Source: an uncultured Actinomycetota bacterium (GTDB lineage Bacteria > Actinomycetota > Actinomycetes > CAVWCF01). Taken from it: DNA of 64,000 nucleotides. Each line of letters opens with the position of its first letter. Position 1 is the stretch's first letter. Shown here in pieces: positions 34,084 to 44,088 of this stretch. A program made the translations under genes and the position numbers. The notes below the pieces were generated by a model. The model worked only from the letters and a program-made list of their open reading frames with translations, was not told where the DNA came from and ran no database searches. The stretch spans positions 1,216,001 through 1,280,000 of the forward strand of contig CAVWCF010000001.1 of assembly GCA_963753435.1 (NCBI GenBank). The letters run 5' to 3'.

Positions 34084-35376
34084 TCAGGGGCGGGCGAAGC
34101 CGAAGAAGCTGGCCCGGTTGACGCTGGAGATCCGGACGTTGGCACCGGTGTAGGGCGCCTCGATCATCTGCCCGTCGCCGATGTACAGGGCCACGTGGTA
34201 GATCGAACCGGCGTCGGTCGGATCGGAGCCGAAGAACACGAGGTCGCCCGGCCGGGCCTGTGAGGTCGGCACCTTCAAGGACTGGGAGTACTGCGCCACC
34301 GACCAGTGCGGCAACGACACCCCGCCGGCCTGCCAGGCCCGCATGGTCAATCCCGAGCAGTCGAACCGGTCCGGCCCGGCGGCAGCCCACTGGTACGGCT
34401 TGCCGATCTGGGCCCGCGCGTACTCGATAGCCGCCTGCGCCCCGCTGGTCGTCCCGGAACTGCTCCCCCCGGTGAGTGGGGGTGACCACGATGGCGCCGG
34501 CGTAGGTCGCTGCCCGTTGCCGCCGACTACCTCCGGCGCAGGAGCGGCCGACCGGCTCGGGGCCGGGGCCGCCCGGGATGCCCGCTCAGCTGCTGCCTGC
34601 GCAGCGGCGCGCTCGGCGGCCTCCTGGCGTTCACGTTCCTGCCGAGCCAACGCGTCGCGGCGTTGCCGCTCAAGTGCGTCCGTTTGTGCCGTCGCCGCCT
34701 CGAGGTCGGCTTCGGCGGAGTTGCGGGTCTGCTCGATGTTGGCCAGCAGTTGTTGCTGGGTGGCCACCCGTGCTTCGGCGTCGGCCTTGGCGGCGCGCAC
34801 GGCTTCGGCAGCGTTCTTCGCCGCGGCGAGCGCATCGGCAGCCTGGCCGTCGAGGATGGAGTTGACGACCTCCTGCACCCGGACCTGATCGAGCACATCG
34901 CTTTGGTGCGAAGCCACTGCTTCCAGCGCGCTGCTGCGCTCAACGAGCGCCTGCGGACCGGTCGAGTCCAGCAGCGCCGACACCTGACCCAGGTCACCGC
35001 CGGCCCGGTACGCCGAAGCCGCAAAGCGGCCTACTCGGTCACGCGCGTCGGATAGTTCCGCCGCTGACGCGGTGGCGCGCGCTTGCGCCGCGGCAGCCGC
35101 GTCTTGGGCTTGCTGCAGTTGCCAGACGGCACCGTTGTAGGCCTCCACCGCCCGCGCGACATCGGCGCTGAGGCGATCCAGTTCGGCGTCGGCGATCGCC
35201 AACTGGGCGTTGGCCCGACCGACCGTGGCCGCGGCCGCCTCGCCGGCGGCCCGGCTCTCGGCGATCTGGGACTCACTCGGAGCGTCCCCGGGTTCAGCCG
35301 CCGCCGGAGCCGCCATGACCCCGACCGCGATCGCGGCCGCCAAGGGGATGACCAGGCGTCGAACTGACGGCTGCAC
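34084..35376 (-). CDS. Secreted NlpC/P60 peptidoglycan endopeptidase with coiled coil (RipA-like)
   Basis: Signal peptide, long coiled coil, FDCSGL..HVALY. Confidence 0.92.
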   Translation of the reverse strand: MQPSVRRLVIPLAAAIAVGVMAAPAAAEPGDAPSESQIAESRAAGEAAAATVGRANAQLAIADAELDRLSADVARAVEAYNGAVWQLQQAQDAAAAAQARATASAAELSDARDRVGRFAASAYRAGGDLGQVSALLDSTGPQALVERSSALEAVASHQSDVLDQVRVQEVVNSILDGQAADALAAAKNAAEAVRAAKADAEARVATQQQLLANIEQTRNSAEADLEAATAQTDALERQRRDALARQERERQEAAERAAAQAAAERASRAAPAPSRSAAPAPEVVGGNGQRPTPAPSWSPPLTGGSSSGTTSGAQAAIEYARAQIGKPYQWAAAGPDRFDCSGLTMRAWQAGGVSLPHWSVAQYSQSLKVPTSQARPGDLVFFGSDPTDAGSIYHVALYIGDGQMIEAPYTGANVRISSVNRASFFGFARP

Positions 35377-35474
35377 GAACCCTCCGGGGGAAGAGGCCAA
35401 GCGGGACGCCTCACGTATCGGCATCCAACGCCGGAAACGTTAGGAACGACTAGTCCCCCCAGGGAACTCAAATC

Positions 35475-35543
35475 CCACAAGTCACACCTGTTACACGGCG
35501 CGTCCGGACTGACACGCCGGTGCTACACGAGTGTGATTTGTGG
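35475..35543. promoter_or_regulatory. Candidate regulator boxes upstream of the NlpC/P60 gene
   Basis: Tandem gtcacacct/gttacacgg; 12/13 inverted repeat at 35475-35487 / 35531-35543. Confidence 0.4.
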
Positions 35544-35579
35544 CTTTGCGGATGCGCTCGGGCCGCCGCGACGAAGGGG

Positions 35580-36674
35580 TCAGACGTCGGTGGGGATCAT
35601 TGACGTGCCGGACTTCATCCGGTCGCGGAAGGAACCGGCCGGGTATTCGCGGTCCTTCAGCTTCTCCATGAACTCCCGCAACGTGCGGGTGCCGTACGGC
35701 GGCGCCAAGTGGCTGACGACGGACCAATACTTGGCCGCTTCCAGATAGAACGCGACGTTCTTCATCCGCGGGTACACCGTGCCGACTCGGCGCATGCGCG
35801 CGATCGTCTTGTCCCAGGACTCCAGGGTCTGCACTTTGAACTGCGGCTCAGTCCCGAGAACGTCGAACATCATCTCGCCGGCGCTGCGCAGCGTCACGAC
35901 GTTGTCCTCGTTCCACGGCCCGCCGACCGGCAGGATGCGTCCGGCCGCGTCGTCGTCGCACAGCGCGTTGACGATGAACTCAGCCAGGTCTTCGCGCGCG
36001 ATCGGGTTGGTGAGGGAGTACTCACCGTGGTCGAAGATGCGGTACGGCTCGCCGTTCTTAACCGAGCCGAAGTTCACCGACAGGTACGGGTAGTAGGCGG
36101 TCGGCCGCACGATCGTGTACGGGATGCGGCCGAAGTGACCGCCGATGAGTTCCCCCTCCACCTGGAGTTTGTAGACCTGCGGCAACAACTCCGGGCGGTA
36201 GACGCCGTAGTCGGAGATGTGCACGAAACGGCGTGCGCCATGAGCCGCCGCGGCGCGGATCCCGTTGGTCACCGCCACGTAGTCGACCTGGCGACACTCC
36301 TCCGGATCGTTCGGCCGCCGCGAGCTCAACAATGAGATCGCACTGCGGATCGGGTACTGCGCGAACGCCGCCTCGATGTCCTCGGCACGAGTTGGGTCAC
36401 CGACAACGACTGGTACGTCCGGCATCCCGTCCACCGACTGCGTCGACCGCGCCAGGACCACCGGCGTGAAGCCGCGGTCCAGCAGCTCGGGCACCAGGGC
36501 CCGGCCGATGTAGCCACTGCCGCCCAGGACGAGCACATGCTCGCCATCGCCGCTGCCGCGACGCCCGGTCGCGTAGGTCTGCTTGACGGGTGAGTCACCG
36601 AAGACCTCGGCGCGCAGTTCGTCCACGCGGCGCTTGGCGGCGACCGGGTCCACCTGGCTGATGGTGCTGAACAT
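35580..36674 (-). CDS. BciA/DVR (8-vinyl reductase)-like NAD(P)H-dependent atypical SDR
   Basis: GGSGYIG, IVRPTA, VKNGEPY, ILPVGGP, PPYGTRTLREF resemble the BciA motif order as recalled. Confidence 0.75.
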   Translation of the reverse strand: MFSTISQVDPVAAKRRVDELRAEVFGDSPVKQTYATGRRGSGDGEHVLVLGGSGYIGRALVPELLDRGFTPVVLARSTQSVDGMPDVPVVVGDPTRAEDIEAAFAQYPIRSAISLLSSRRPNDPEECRQVDYVAVTNGIRAAAAHGARRFVHISDYGVYRPELLPQVYKLQVEGELIGGHFGRIPYTIVRPTAYYPYLSVNFGSVKNGEPYRIFDHGEYSLTNPIAREDLAEFIVNALCDDDAAGRILPVGGPWNEDNVVTLRSAGEMMFDVLGTEPQFKVQTLESWDKTIARMRRVGTVYPRMKNVAFYLEAAKYWSVVSHLAPPYGTRTLREFMEKLKDREYPAGSFRDRMKSGTSMIPTDV

Positions 36675-36757
36675 GCAAACGCCTCCTCGGGTGGTGATAT
36701 CGAAGCGGCCCCACTTTGGCGGCGACAGGGACGTTGGACCCGCCGGTCCGTCCGTCG

Positions 36758-38212
36758 CTACTCCACGATGCGAACCACGCCGCCCCGGCGCGGATCGGCC
36801 GCAGCCGTGACCGCCCCGTCCGGATGGCGTTGCACCGCGTGCACACCGCCGAAGTAGAGGTTGCGCTCCTGCCAGACCCGCACCTCGCCGAGGGCCGCCA
36901 ATGCCGACAGTTGCTCGTCCGTGGCACCCGGCTCCACGTTCACCACTCCGTTGGTGGGGTGCGCTCGGGCTGCCGCAATGGCCTCGGGCAACGACATGCC
37001 GCGGTCGGTCAGGTTCACCGTCATCGCCAGCAATGCGGACCGGATCCGCTCGCTGCCGCCGCTGCCGAACCCCACGAGGGAGCCATCGGCGGCGCGGAGC
37101 AGGCTGGGGGCCATCATCGAAGCGATCCGGCTGCTCGGAGTTGCCGTGTGCAGGCCCCCGGGATGCAGGTCCTCCTCGCCGAGCATGTTGTTCAACTGAA
37201 CCCCGAGGCCCGCGGCGTACTGCCCCGATCCCGAGCCGTTCGACGTGGTCATCGCCGCGATCATCCCGGCGGAGTCCACGACACTGACATGGGTGGTACC
37301 GCGAACGGACATTCGCCGCTGCGTGCGGTGCTGCTCGGTAGCCGTGCGAATTGCCGAAACCTGATTGGCCAGGCCGTCGCTGGTGTCAACCGATCCGGGA
37401 CCAAGCAGTCCGATGGCTGAAGTGATGATGCTGCCGCCGAGGGAGGGGGGTGGATTCGTCAGCAGCGATGCCCCGCTGCGGCTTGCCACCAAGGGCCGGC
37501 GCAGGACCACCCGGTACCGCTGCTGGTCGGCGACGGTCAACAGTCCGCCGCCGGCCGTAACCGTTTCAACCGCGGCAAATCGAAATCGGTCCACACCCCG
37601 GGCCGGAGATGCGGCCAGATCGCCGAGGAAGCTGGCATATGCCGGGTTCCGCAACCGGTCACCGGCGACGGGGTAGCGACCTCCTCCGCCAAACAGCGCC
37701 GCACCCTCGTCGGTGCTGGTGAGGATGTCGCCGATCAGGGTGAACACGTGTTCCTGGGCGGCATCCATCACCGCACCAACATCCGCGAGTTGCTGGGCCG
37801 GGCCGACTACGGATGCCAGCGGGATGGCCCCCCACGCCTCATGGGCATGCAGGTAACCGGCCAAGCAGCCAGGTACGGCTACCGAGGCCGGTCCGACGTG
37901 GAACACCTGGTCGGCGCCGAGGAACCTGACGGTGATCGGGACTAGTGGTGCCCCGGAGCCCGGGGGCGCAGCCGGGGTGTTGGTGAAGAAGTCGCTGATC
38001 CAGGTCTCCCCGTCCGGCGTGTGGACCATGAGAAAGCCGCCACCGGCGAGACTGCTCAAACCCGGCTCGGCTACTGGCGCCGCGAAGCCCGCCGCCAGGA
38101 CTGCGTCGACGGCGTTGCCTCCATCGGCCAGCACGGACGCAGCCGCGTCTGCGGTGCCGACGCTGCCAGCGGCCACGGCTGCGCAGCCCGGTTGACCCGA
38201 CGCGTAGGGCAC
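36758..38212 (-). CDS. ggt: Gamma-glutamyltransferase family protein
   Basis: GGNAVDA, GTTHVSVVD (Thr nucleophile), LNNML, ADPRR; start uncertain. Confidence 0.88.
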   Translation of the reverse strand: MPYASGQPGCAAVAAGSVGTADAAASVLADGGNAVDAVLAAGFAAPVAEPGLSSLAGGGFLMVHTPDGETWISDFFTNTPAAPPGSGAPLVPITVRFLGADQVFHVGPASVAVPGCLAGYLHAHEAWGAIPLASVVGPAQQLADVGAVMDAAQEHVFTLIGDILTSTDEGAALFGGGGRYPVAGDRLRNPAYASFLGDLAASPARGVDRFRFAAVETVTAGGGLLTVADQQRYRVVLRRPLVASRSGASLLTNPPPSLGGSIITSAIGLLGPGSVDTSDGLANQVSAIRTATEQHRTQRRMSVRGTTHVSVVDSAGMIAAMTTSNGSGSGQYAAGLGVQLNNMLGEEDLHPGGLHTATPSSRIASMMAPSLLRAADGSLVGFGSGGSERIRSALLAMTVNLTDRGMSLPEAIAAARAHPTNGVVNVEPGATDEQLSALAALGEVRVWQERNLYFGGVHAVQRHPDGAVTAAADPRRGGVVRIVE

Positions 38213-38312
38213 TGAACTCACGACGGACGACGCTAGTCCAGTAGCTGACCAGTGCTGCGTCGAGCATCCGCAAACAACACCTGGCCGACGATCGCGGCCG
38301 AGTCGAGGTTGC

Positions 38313-39116
38313 TCAAGCGCTACTGAATCGCGGGTCCTCAGCCAGCGGTGGCACTGTTCGCGGAGTCGGCGGCAGGCGCAGCAACCGCGGCCGGATCGCG
38401 AACGCCAGCGCGACAACCACGACGACCAGGCTCAGGGTCATCGGCCACGACCACCGGGAGTCCGTCGCTGCACCGTTGATCGCCAGGACGATGGCCACGA
38501 CCGACAATGCGTTCACCAACGTGGTGAAGCCGTGCATCACCTGCTGCTTGGTCCGCAGCAGCACATCCAGGAAATAGATGGTCAAGAAGACCGTCAACAG
38601 CGTAAGCACGATCACCGGGTCGCGGGTGGCGGCGTACAGGGCGCCTACCGACGCCAGCCCGAGGATCGTTTGCACCGCCTCCTTGGGGCCACCGGTCAGG
38701 TAGACCACCGCCAACAGGGCCACCACCGCGCCGACGGCCCACCACATCCAGCCGGTGTCGCCGTAGACGGCCAGCACATTGAGCCCCAGCGCGAGGCCGA
38801 CCAGCGACGTGAACAGCCAGTCCAGCACGCTTGGCGGCACCCCGATCAGATACCACCGGTCAAGAGTGTTCTGCGCGCTCTCGCAGACGCTGGCGACGAT
38901 CATGACCACCGCTGATGCGTAGAGGAGCGCGGGTCGCTCGAAGATCTGGTCCACGAACGCGCGTTGGTCGGCTACGGCCCAGACCAGCAGCAGCGGCGAC
39001 AGAATCGTGAGCACATGAGCGAGCAACACCCAAACAGCTGTGGGGACCGGCAGGTCGATCTCGGACCGCACCCGCTGCCACGGCCGCGCCGCTACCTGTT
39101 GCACCGCTTGCGCCAC
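38313..39116 (-). CDS. Unknown polytopic membrane protein
   Basis: About 7-8 hydrophobic segments; polar motifs ESAQNTLDRWY and QVMHG. Confidence 0.75.
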   Translation of the reverse strand: MAQAVQQVAARPWQRVRSEIDLPVPTAVWVLLAHVLTILSPLLLVWAVADQRAFVDQIFERPALLYASAVVMIVASVCESAQNTLDRWYLIGVPPSVLDWLFTSLVGLALGLNVLAVYGDTGWMWWAVGAVVALLAVVYLTGGPKEAVQTILGLASVGALYAATRDPVIVLTLLTVFLTIYFLDVLLRTKQQVMHGFTTLVNALSVVAIVLAINGAATDSRWSWPMTLSLVVVVVALAFAIRPRLLRLPPTPRTVPPLAEDPRFSSA

Positions 39117-39139
39117 GCCTACCAGGCTACGACGCGGAC

Positions 39140-40129
39140 CTACCAGGCGTAAGCCTCCGGCGCGGGCCCACCGGGTCCGGGGAAGATTTCGTCCAACTGC
39201 TTCAGAACTGCTTCGTCCAACTTGATGTCCAACGCGCGCAGTGATGCCTCCAACTGGGCGTTGTTGCGGGGACCGATGATCGGGCCGGTGACCGCCGGCT
39301 GGTGCAGCAGCCAGGCCAGGCCGACATCTGCCGGATGCTCGCCCAATTCGTCGCAGAGGTTCTCGTACCGCTGGATCTGCTCGCCATGAAGTTCCAGGCC
39401 GCGAGTCGCCATTGCGCCCGCTGACCGGCCTTCCTTCTGCTTGCGCAGGATCCCGCCGAGGAGTCCCCCCGACAGCGGCGACCACGGGATGACACCGAGG
39501 CCGTAGTGCTGTGCCGCTGGCAGCACCTCAAGTTCCACCTGGCGGCGCAGCAGCGAGTAAACCGATTGCTCGCTGATGAGGCCCAGCATCCCGGCGTCGG
39601 CCGCCTCCTGCATGGATGCGATGTGCCACCCCGCGAAGTTGCTGGACCCGAAGTAGGTCACCTTCCCCTGCTGCCGCAGCACGGAGAACGCCTCCCAGAC
39701 CTCCGTCCAGCTGGCTGAGCGGTCCACGTGGTGCATCTGCAGCAGGTCGATGTGGTCGGTCTGCAACCGCTGCAGGGACGCGTCCACCTGACGCCGGATG
39801 TTCAGCGCAGACAGGCCCCGGTCATTGGGCCACGGCTCCGGCTTACCGAAAGGCACCATCGCCTGGTAGCACTTGGTGGCCAGGACAGTCCGTTCCCGGC
39901 GATCGCCGCCCTGCGCGAACCAGCGACCGATCACCTCCTCGGTGAAGCCCGGATGGGTGTGCCCGCCGCCGTAGATATTCGCGGTGTCGACGAAGTTGAT
40001 CCCCAACTCCAGACCGCGGTCGAGCAGCCGGTGCCCGTCCTGTTCGTCGGTGGTCCAGCCGATGTTCATGGTGCCCAGCACCAACCGGGAGACGCGCAGC
40101 CCACTGCGACCAAGGTTCACGTATTCCAT
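39140..40129 (-). CDS. Aldo/keto reductase
   Basis: LGTM, DTANIY, LATK, IDLLQMH, PWSPL. Confidence 0.95.
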   Translation of the reverse strand: MEYVNLGRSGLRVSRLVLGTMNIGWTTDEQDGHRLLDRGLELGINFVDTANIYGGGHTHPGFTEEVIGRWFAQGGDRRERTVLATKCYQAMVPFGKPEPWPNDRGLSALNIRRQVDASLQRLQTDHIDLLQMHHVDRSASWTEVWEAFSVLRQQGKVTYFGSSNFAGWHIASMQEAADAGMLGLISEQSVYSLLRRQVELEVLPAAQHYGLGVIPWSPLSGGLLGGILRKQKEGRSAGAMATRGLELHGEQIQRYENLCDELGEHPADVGLAWLLHQPAVTGPIIGPRNNAQLEASLRALDIKLDEAVLKQLDEIFPGPGGPAPEAYAW

Positions 40130-40172
40130 GGGGAGGCACCCTCTCGCACGCGATCACTTCGCGCACGAGGGG

Positions 40173-41813
40173 TCAGCCGGTAGGCGCCTGAACCATCTCG
40201 GCCGTTCGCTCGAACACCTCACGCCGCAGTGCTTCCCCCTGCGCAAGTTGGCTGGGCCGGGTGGGGCGGCGGTCCTTCCAGTACCAACCGGTGACACCGG
40301 CCACCTCGGGTGATGCGGCCAGGTAGATGGCCGTCTGCGCGGCTTCGGTTGGGGTGCGCAGGAGCGGCCGCGTCACGGCCACGAACCAGGCGAAGGGGCC
40401 GGTGACCTCCGCGTAGATGTTCGTCGGGACCAGAGCGCCGGGGGCCACGATGTTCACGGTCACTGCGGCGTCCGCCCACCGCTGGGCCAGTTCCAGCGCC
40501 GCTGCGGTCACGAGCAGTTTGGACTGGTTGTACGCCGCGAATCCGGCGTTGAGATCCACCTGCTTTTCCGGCCATCCCGACGGGCCGTTGAGGTCCTCGA
40601 AGTCCGGGCTGCTGGCCTGGCGATGTGCATCGGAGGACACGAAGAGGACGCGGGCAGACGAGTCCCGCAGGCGTTCGGCGAGCAACGCCGTCAGCAAGAA
40701 GCCGCCCAGATGGTTGGTCGCCAGCGTGCTCTCGTAACCGTGGGGTGTCTCTTCGTAGCGGGCACGGAACACGCCGGCGTTGTTGATGAGTACGTCGATG
40801 CGGGGGCAGGTTGCCTGCAGTTGCTCAGCTGCCGTGCGCACCTGTTCGGGCAACGACAGGTCACACACCAACAACTGGCCGCCGGTCTCCTCAGCGACCG
40901 ACTGACCGTTCACCGCGTCCCGGTCCACGATCACCACCTGCGCCCCGAGGCCGGCCAGGGCCCGAGCCGTTTCGGCCCCGATGCCGTTGGCGCCGCCAGT
41001 GATAACGATCGTTCGGCCGGTCAGGTCGCCGAGCGGAGCGGGTTCGCCCAGCGCCGGTCCGTCCGGATCGACCGGGTGCGGCCACCGGAAGGTGGGGAAC
41101 GGCATCGCCATCGTCGACAGCAGCAGGGCCAGCGCCTGCAGTGCCACGTACAGGCCCAGGTTCTCGTAAGCGGTCACCCAGATCCCCGCGACGACCAGGT
41201 TCGGAGTGTGCGCGAGCAGGACCTTGCGGCTGTTCCACTCGGCGATGTTGTGCTCCGGGGATACGTGGATGTCCCAGTACAGGGCATGCCACAGCCCGAC
41301 GAACGCGCTCAGCACGATCACCAACGTCGCCAGCGTCAGCGCATCAGCCAGGCCACCGGTTCCCAGCCAAGCCTCATACCCGCGCTTGGCCACCAGCCAA
41401 ACGGATCCGAACAGCAACCCCTCGCTGACACCCCAGGCCAGGCCGAAGACCAACGTGTCCGGCCAGACGATCCGTCGACCGTGCGGGCGCGTGCCGGCGG
41501 GCCAGATGAAGCCATACCCGACCAGGACAACGGCCAGGGCGGCCAAGCCCGTGACCCACCACAGCCAGTTGCTGGTCTGGCCGGGCAGAACCAATGGATT
41601 CGCGGCGATGGTCGACACAGTGCCGCTGGCGAACGCGATCGCCCAGGCAGCAGCGAAGTAGGTGCAGGCACGCAACCACGCGGCCCTGGTGTCGTAGCGC
41701 CACACTTCCCGGTCGCGCAGGTAGCGGCGCAGCAGCACGGCAAAGGCGAGCGCGATCAGGGCGGCGATGCCGGCAGCGGGCCAGTTGGCCGCTGCGATGG
41801 TGAAGTCGCTCAT
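40173..41813 (-). CDS. Fusion of unknown membrane domain and POR/retinol-dehydrogenase-type SDR
   Basis: ~245 aa TM domain, then TGGANGIG, NNAG, TNHLGGFLLT, YNQSK. Confidence 0.85.
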   Translation of the reverse strand: MSDFTIAAANWPAAGIAALIALAFAVLLRRYLRDREVWRYDTRAAWLRACTYFAAAWAIAFASGTVSTIAANPLVLPGQTSNWLWWVTGLAALAVVLVGYGFIWPAGTRPHGRRIVWPDTLVFGLAWGVSEGLLFGSVWLVAKRGYEAWLGTGGLADALTLATLVIVLSAFVGLWHALYWDIHVSPEHNIAEWNSRKVLLAHTPNLVVAGIWVTAYENLGLYVALQALALLLSTMAMPFPTFRWPHPVDPDGPALGEPAPLGDLTGRTIVITGGANGIGAETARALAGLGAQVVIVDRDAVNGQSVAEETGGQLLVCDLSLPEQVRTAAEQLQATCPRIDVLINNAGVFRARYEETPHGYESTLATNHLGGFLLTALLAERLRDSSARVLFVSSDAHRQASSPDFEDLNGPSGWPEKQVDLNAGFAAYNQSKLLVTAAALELAQRWADAAVTVNIVAPGALVPTNIYAEVTGPFAWFVAVTRPLLRTPTEAAQTAIYLAASPEVAGVTGWYWKDRRPTRPSQLAQGEALRREVFERTAEMVQAPTG

Positions 41814-43505
41814 CCGGTCGGCTCACCATCTTGGGCGCGGAATGCGGAGACCACAGTCGGCAGCGTAGGGAAGATCATGTCGGGGCCGACCTCGTCGAGA
41901 AAACCCGCGCGTTGTAGATCTGCGCGCAGTTCGGTGGTGGCCCGAGCCAGGCCGAACCGAATACCTCGTTCGCCCAAGGTCGAGCGCAAAGTCCGCAGGG
42001 CGGTAATCGCGGTGGAGTCCATCTCCGGCATGGCCTCAGCATTCAGGACGAACCACCGCACCGGCTCGATTTCGAGGTCGATGGCTGTCAGCGCCCGGCG
42101 GAGGAAGTTCTCGGAGTTAGCGAAGAACAGCGGCGCGTCATAGCGGTAGATGACCAGTCCCGGGACTGTCTGCACACCGCGGTAGTCCTCCACGTCATGC
42201 ATTCCGGCCAGCCCCGGCACGAAGCCGAGGACCGCGTCGTGCGGTCGGGCGATTCGTCGCAGCATCGCCAGCAATGACAGCCCGACCGCTACGAGCACTC
42301 CCGGAAGCACGCCGACGGCCAGCACGCCGACCAACGCGGTCAGCGCCAACCAGAACTCGACGCGGCTGTACGCAGCCAACGCGCGGAATGCGGTCCACGT
42401 CGATCAGTCGCAGTGCCGCGTAGATGACCAAGGCGCCCAGCGCGGCCTGTGGGAACTCCGCCAGCAGCCCCCGGCCCAGCAGCAGGATCAGTAGCACGGC
42501 AACAGCAGCCACGATGGAGTGCAGTTGGGTCCGACTGCCGGCGGCATCCCCGATCGCGGTTCGGCTGCCACTGCTGGAGACCGGGAAGCCGGAGAACGCT
42601 CCCGCACCGATGTTGGCCGATCCGAGCGCAAGCAACTCAGTGTTGGCGTCGAGACGTTCACCGCGGCGGGCGGCAAACGCGCGCGCGGTAAGCACGTTGT
42701 CGGTGTATCCGACTATCAAGACGCCCACGGCGGCCGGGAGCAGGTCGAACAGGTCCGCTGCCCCCACCCCAGGCCACCCGGGTACCGGCAACCCCGCGTC
42801 GATCGGGCCAACGACCGCAAGGCCACGGTCGGCCAGACCCAACACCGCAGACAAGGCGGTGGCGAACAGAACGGCCACGAGCGGAGTCGGCAACCAGGGG
42901 CTGGACTCTCGGGCCAGCAGCAGGAACGCCAGCACCCCAGCGGCCACCACGGCAGTGAGCGGGTCCACCTGACCCAGGTTCGCCGCGAACGATCGCAACT
43001 GCTCGAGGGTGCTGTCGCCGGTCACCGCAACGCCGGAGACCCGACTCAGCTGACTGACGATCATCAGCACCGCGACCCCGGCGAGGTAGCCGACCAGCAC
43101 CGGCCGGCTCAGCAGGTCGGCGATGAATCCGAGGCGCAGCAACCAGGCCACCAGGCAAAGGGCTCCGGTAACGATGGCCAGAGCCGCCGCCAGCACCGCG
43201 TATCGACCCGGATCACCGCCGGCCAGTGGGCCGATCGCACCAGCGGTCAGGAGCGCGGTCGTCGATTCCGGACCCACTGACAGCTGTCGGGAAGTCCCCA
43301 GGAATGCGTAGATGACCAGCGAGGGCAGGATCGCCCAGAGGCCGGTCACTGGTGGCAGACCGGCGATCGCCGCATATGCCATCACCTGCGGCACCAGGTA
43401 CGCGGTGACGGTCAAGCCGGCGGCCACATCCGACCGCAGCCAGTCGCGCTGATAGTGCCGAAGCACGAACCAGCCCGCCACCGGAACGGTGGCGGGCTGG
43501 TTCAT
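41810..43505 (-). CDS. SulP family anion transporter with STAS domain, +1 frameshift at ~42395
   Basis: VPQVMAYA, LSVGP, SSSGSRT; YRYDAPLFFAN STAS in the shifted frame. Confidence 0.9.
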
Positions 43506-43509
43506 CGAA

Positions 43510-44088
43510 CTACTGCAGCCAGCTGGGAACTGTCCGCTCCCACCAGCGGCCCAACCCTAGGTAACGGCCGGCGTAGGCGACCATCAGGAACAACAAGAAG
43601 ACCGCGTAGATGATGTGGTCATCAATGAGCGGGTTGTTCGACGTCTGCTCGACCCCTTCGACCGTGAACTTCTGCCACGGCGCGATCGCGAGGTACATGA
43701 GGAAGAGCAACACCGATGCCCCGATGGCTGCGATTCGCATCGCGATGCCCAGGCACAGGAACACCCCGGCGCCCAGCAGGGCGAGCATGAAGCCCCAGTT
43801 GGCCCAGTTGTTCGGGTCCTGAGACGCCAAGTCCTGGAAGACGCTGGCGAACGGGCCCTCCGGGTTGCTGCCAAATGCCAGGAATCCATACACCGGGCTG
43901 CCATCGCCGGTCCCGAACTGCCATGCGGAATCACTGTTGGTCGCGTAGCCAAGGCCGAAGTTCTTGTCCAGGAACGCCCACAAGAACACAAACCCGAGCA
44001 AGATCCGACTTACCCCGGCAAGGTTCTGCGCTGCCTTGGTGGTGATTCGGTCTTCGCTTGTCTGCTCTAGTGCGGTGTCGATAGCCAC
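43510..44088 (-). CDS. DoxX/TQO-small-subunit family membrane protein
   Basis: RILLGFVFLWAFLDK, NNPLIDDHIIY, LGLGRWW; GGAGG RBS before the GTG. Confidence 0.85.
   Translation of the reverse strand: MAIDTALEQTSEDRITTKAAQNLAGVSRILLGFVFLWAFLDKNFGLGYATNSDSAWQFGTGDGSPVYGFLAFGSNPEGPFASVFQDLASQDPNNWANWGFMLALLGAGVFLCLGIAMRIAAIGASVLLFLMYLAIAPWQKFTVEGVEQTSNNPLIDDHIIYAVFLLFLMVAYAGRYLGLGRWWERTVPSWLQ

Noticed and set aside
35380-35575. c-di-AMP (ydaO) riboswitch upstream of the NlpC/P60 gene
   Set aside because: Plausible by context, but I could not identify the conserved motif by eye; an Rfam scan would settle it.
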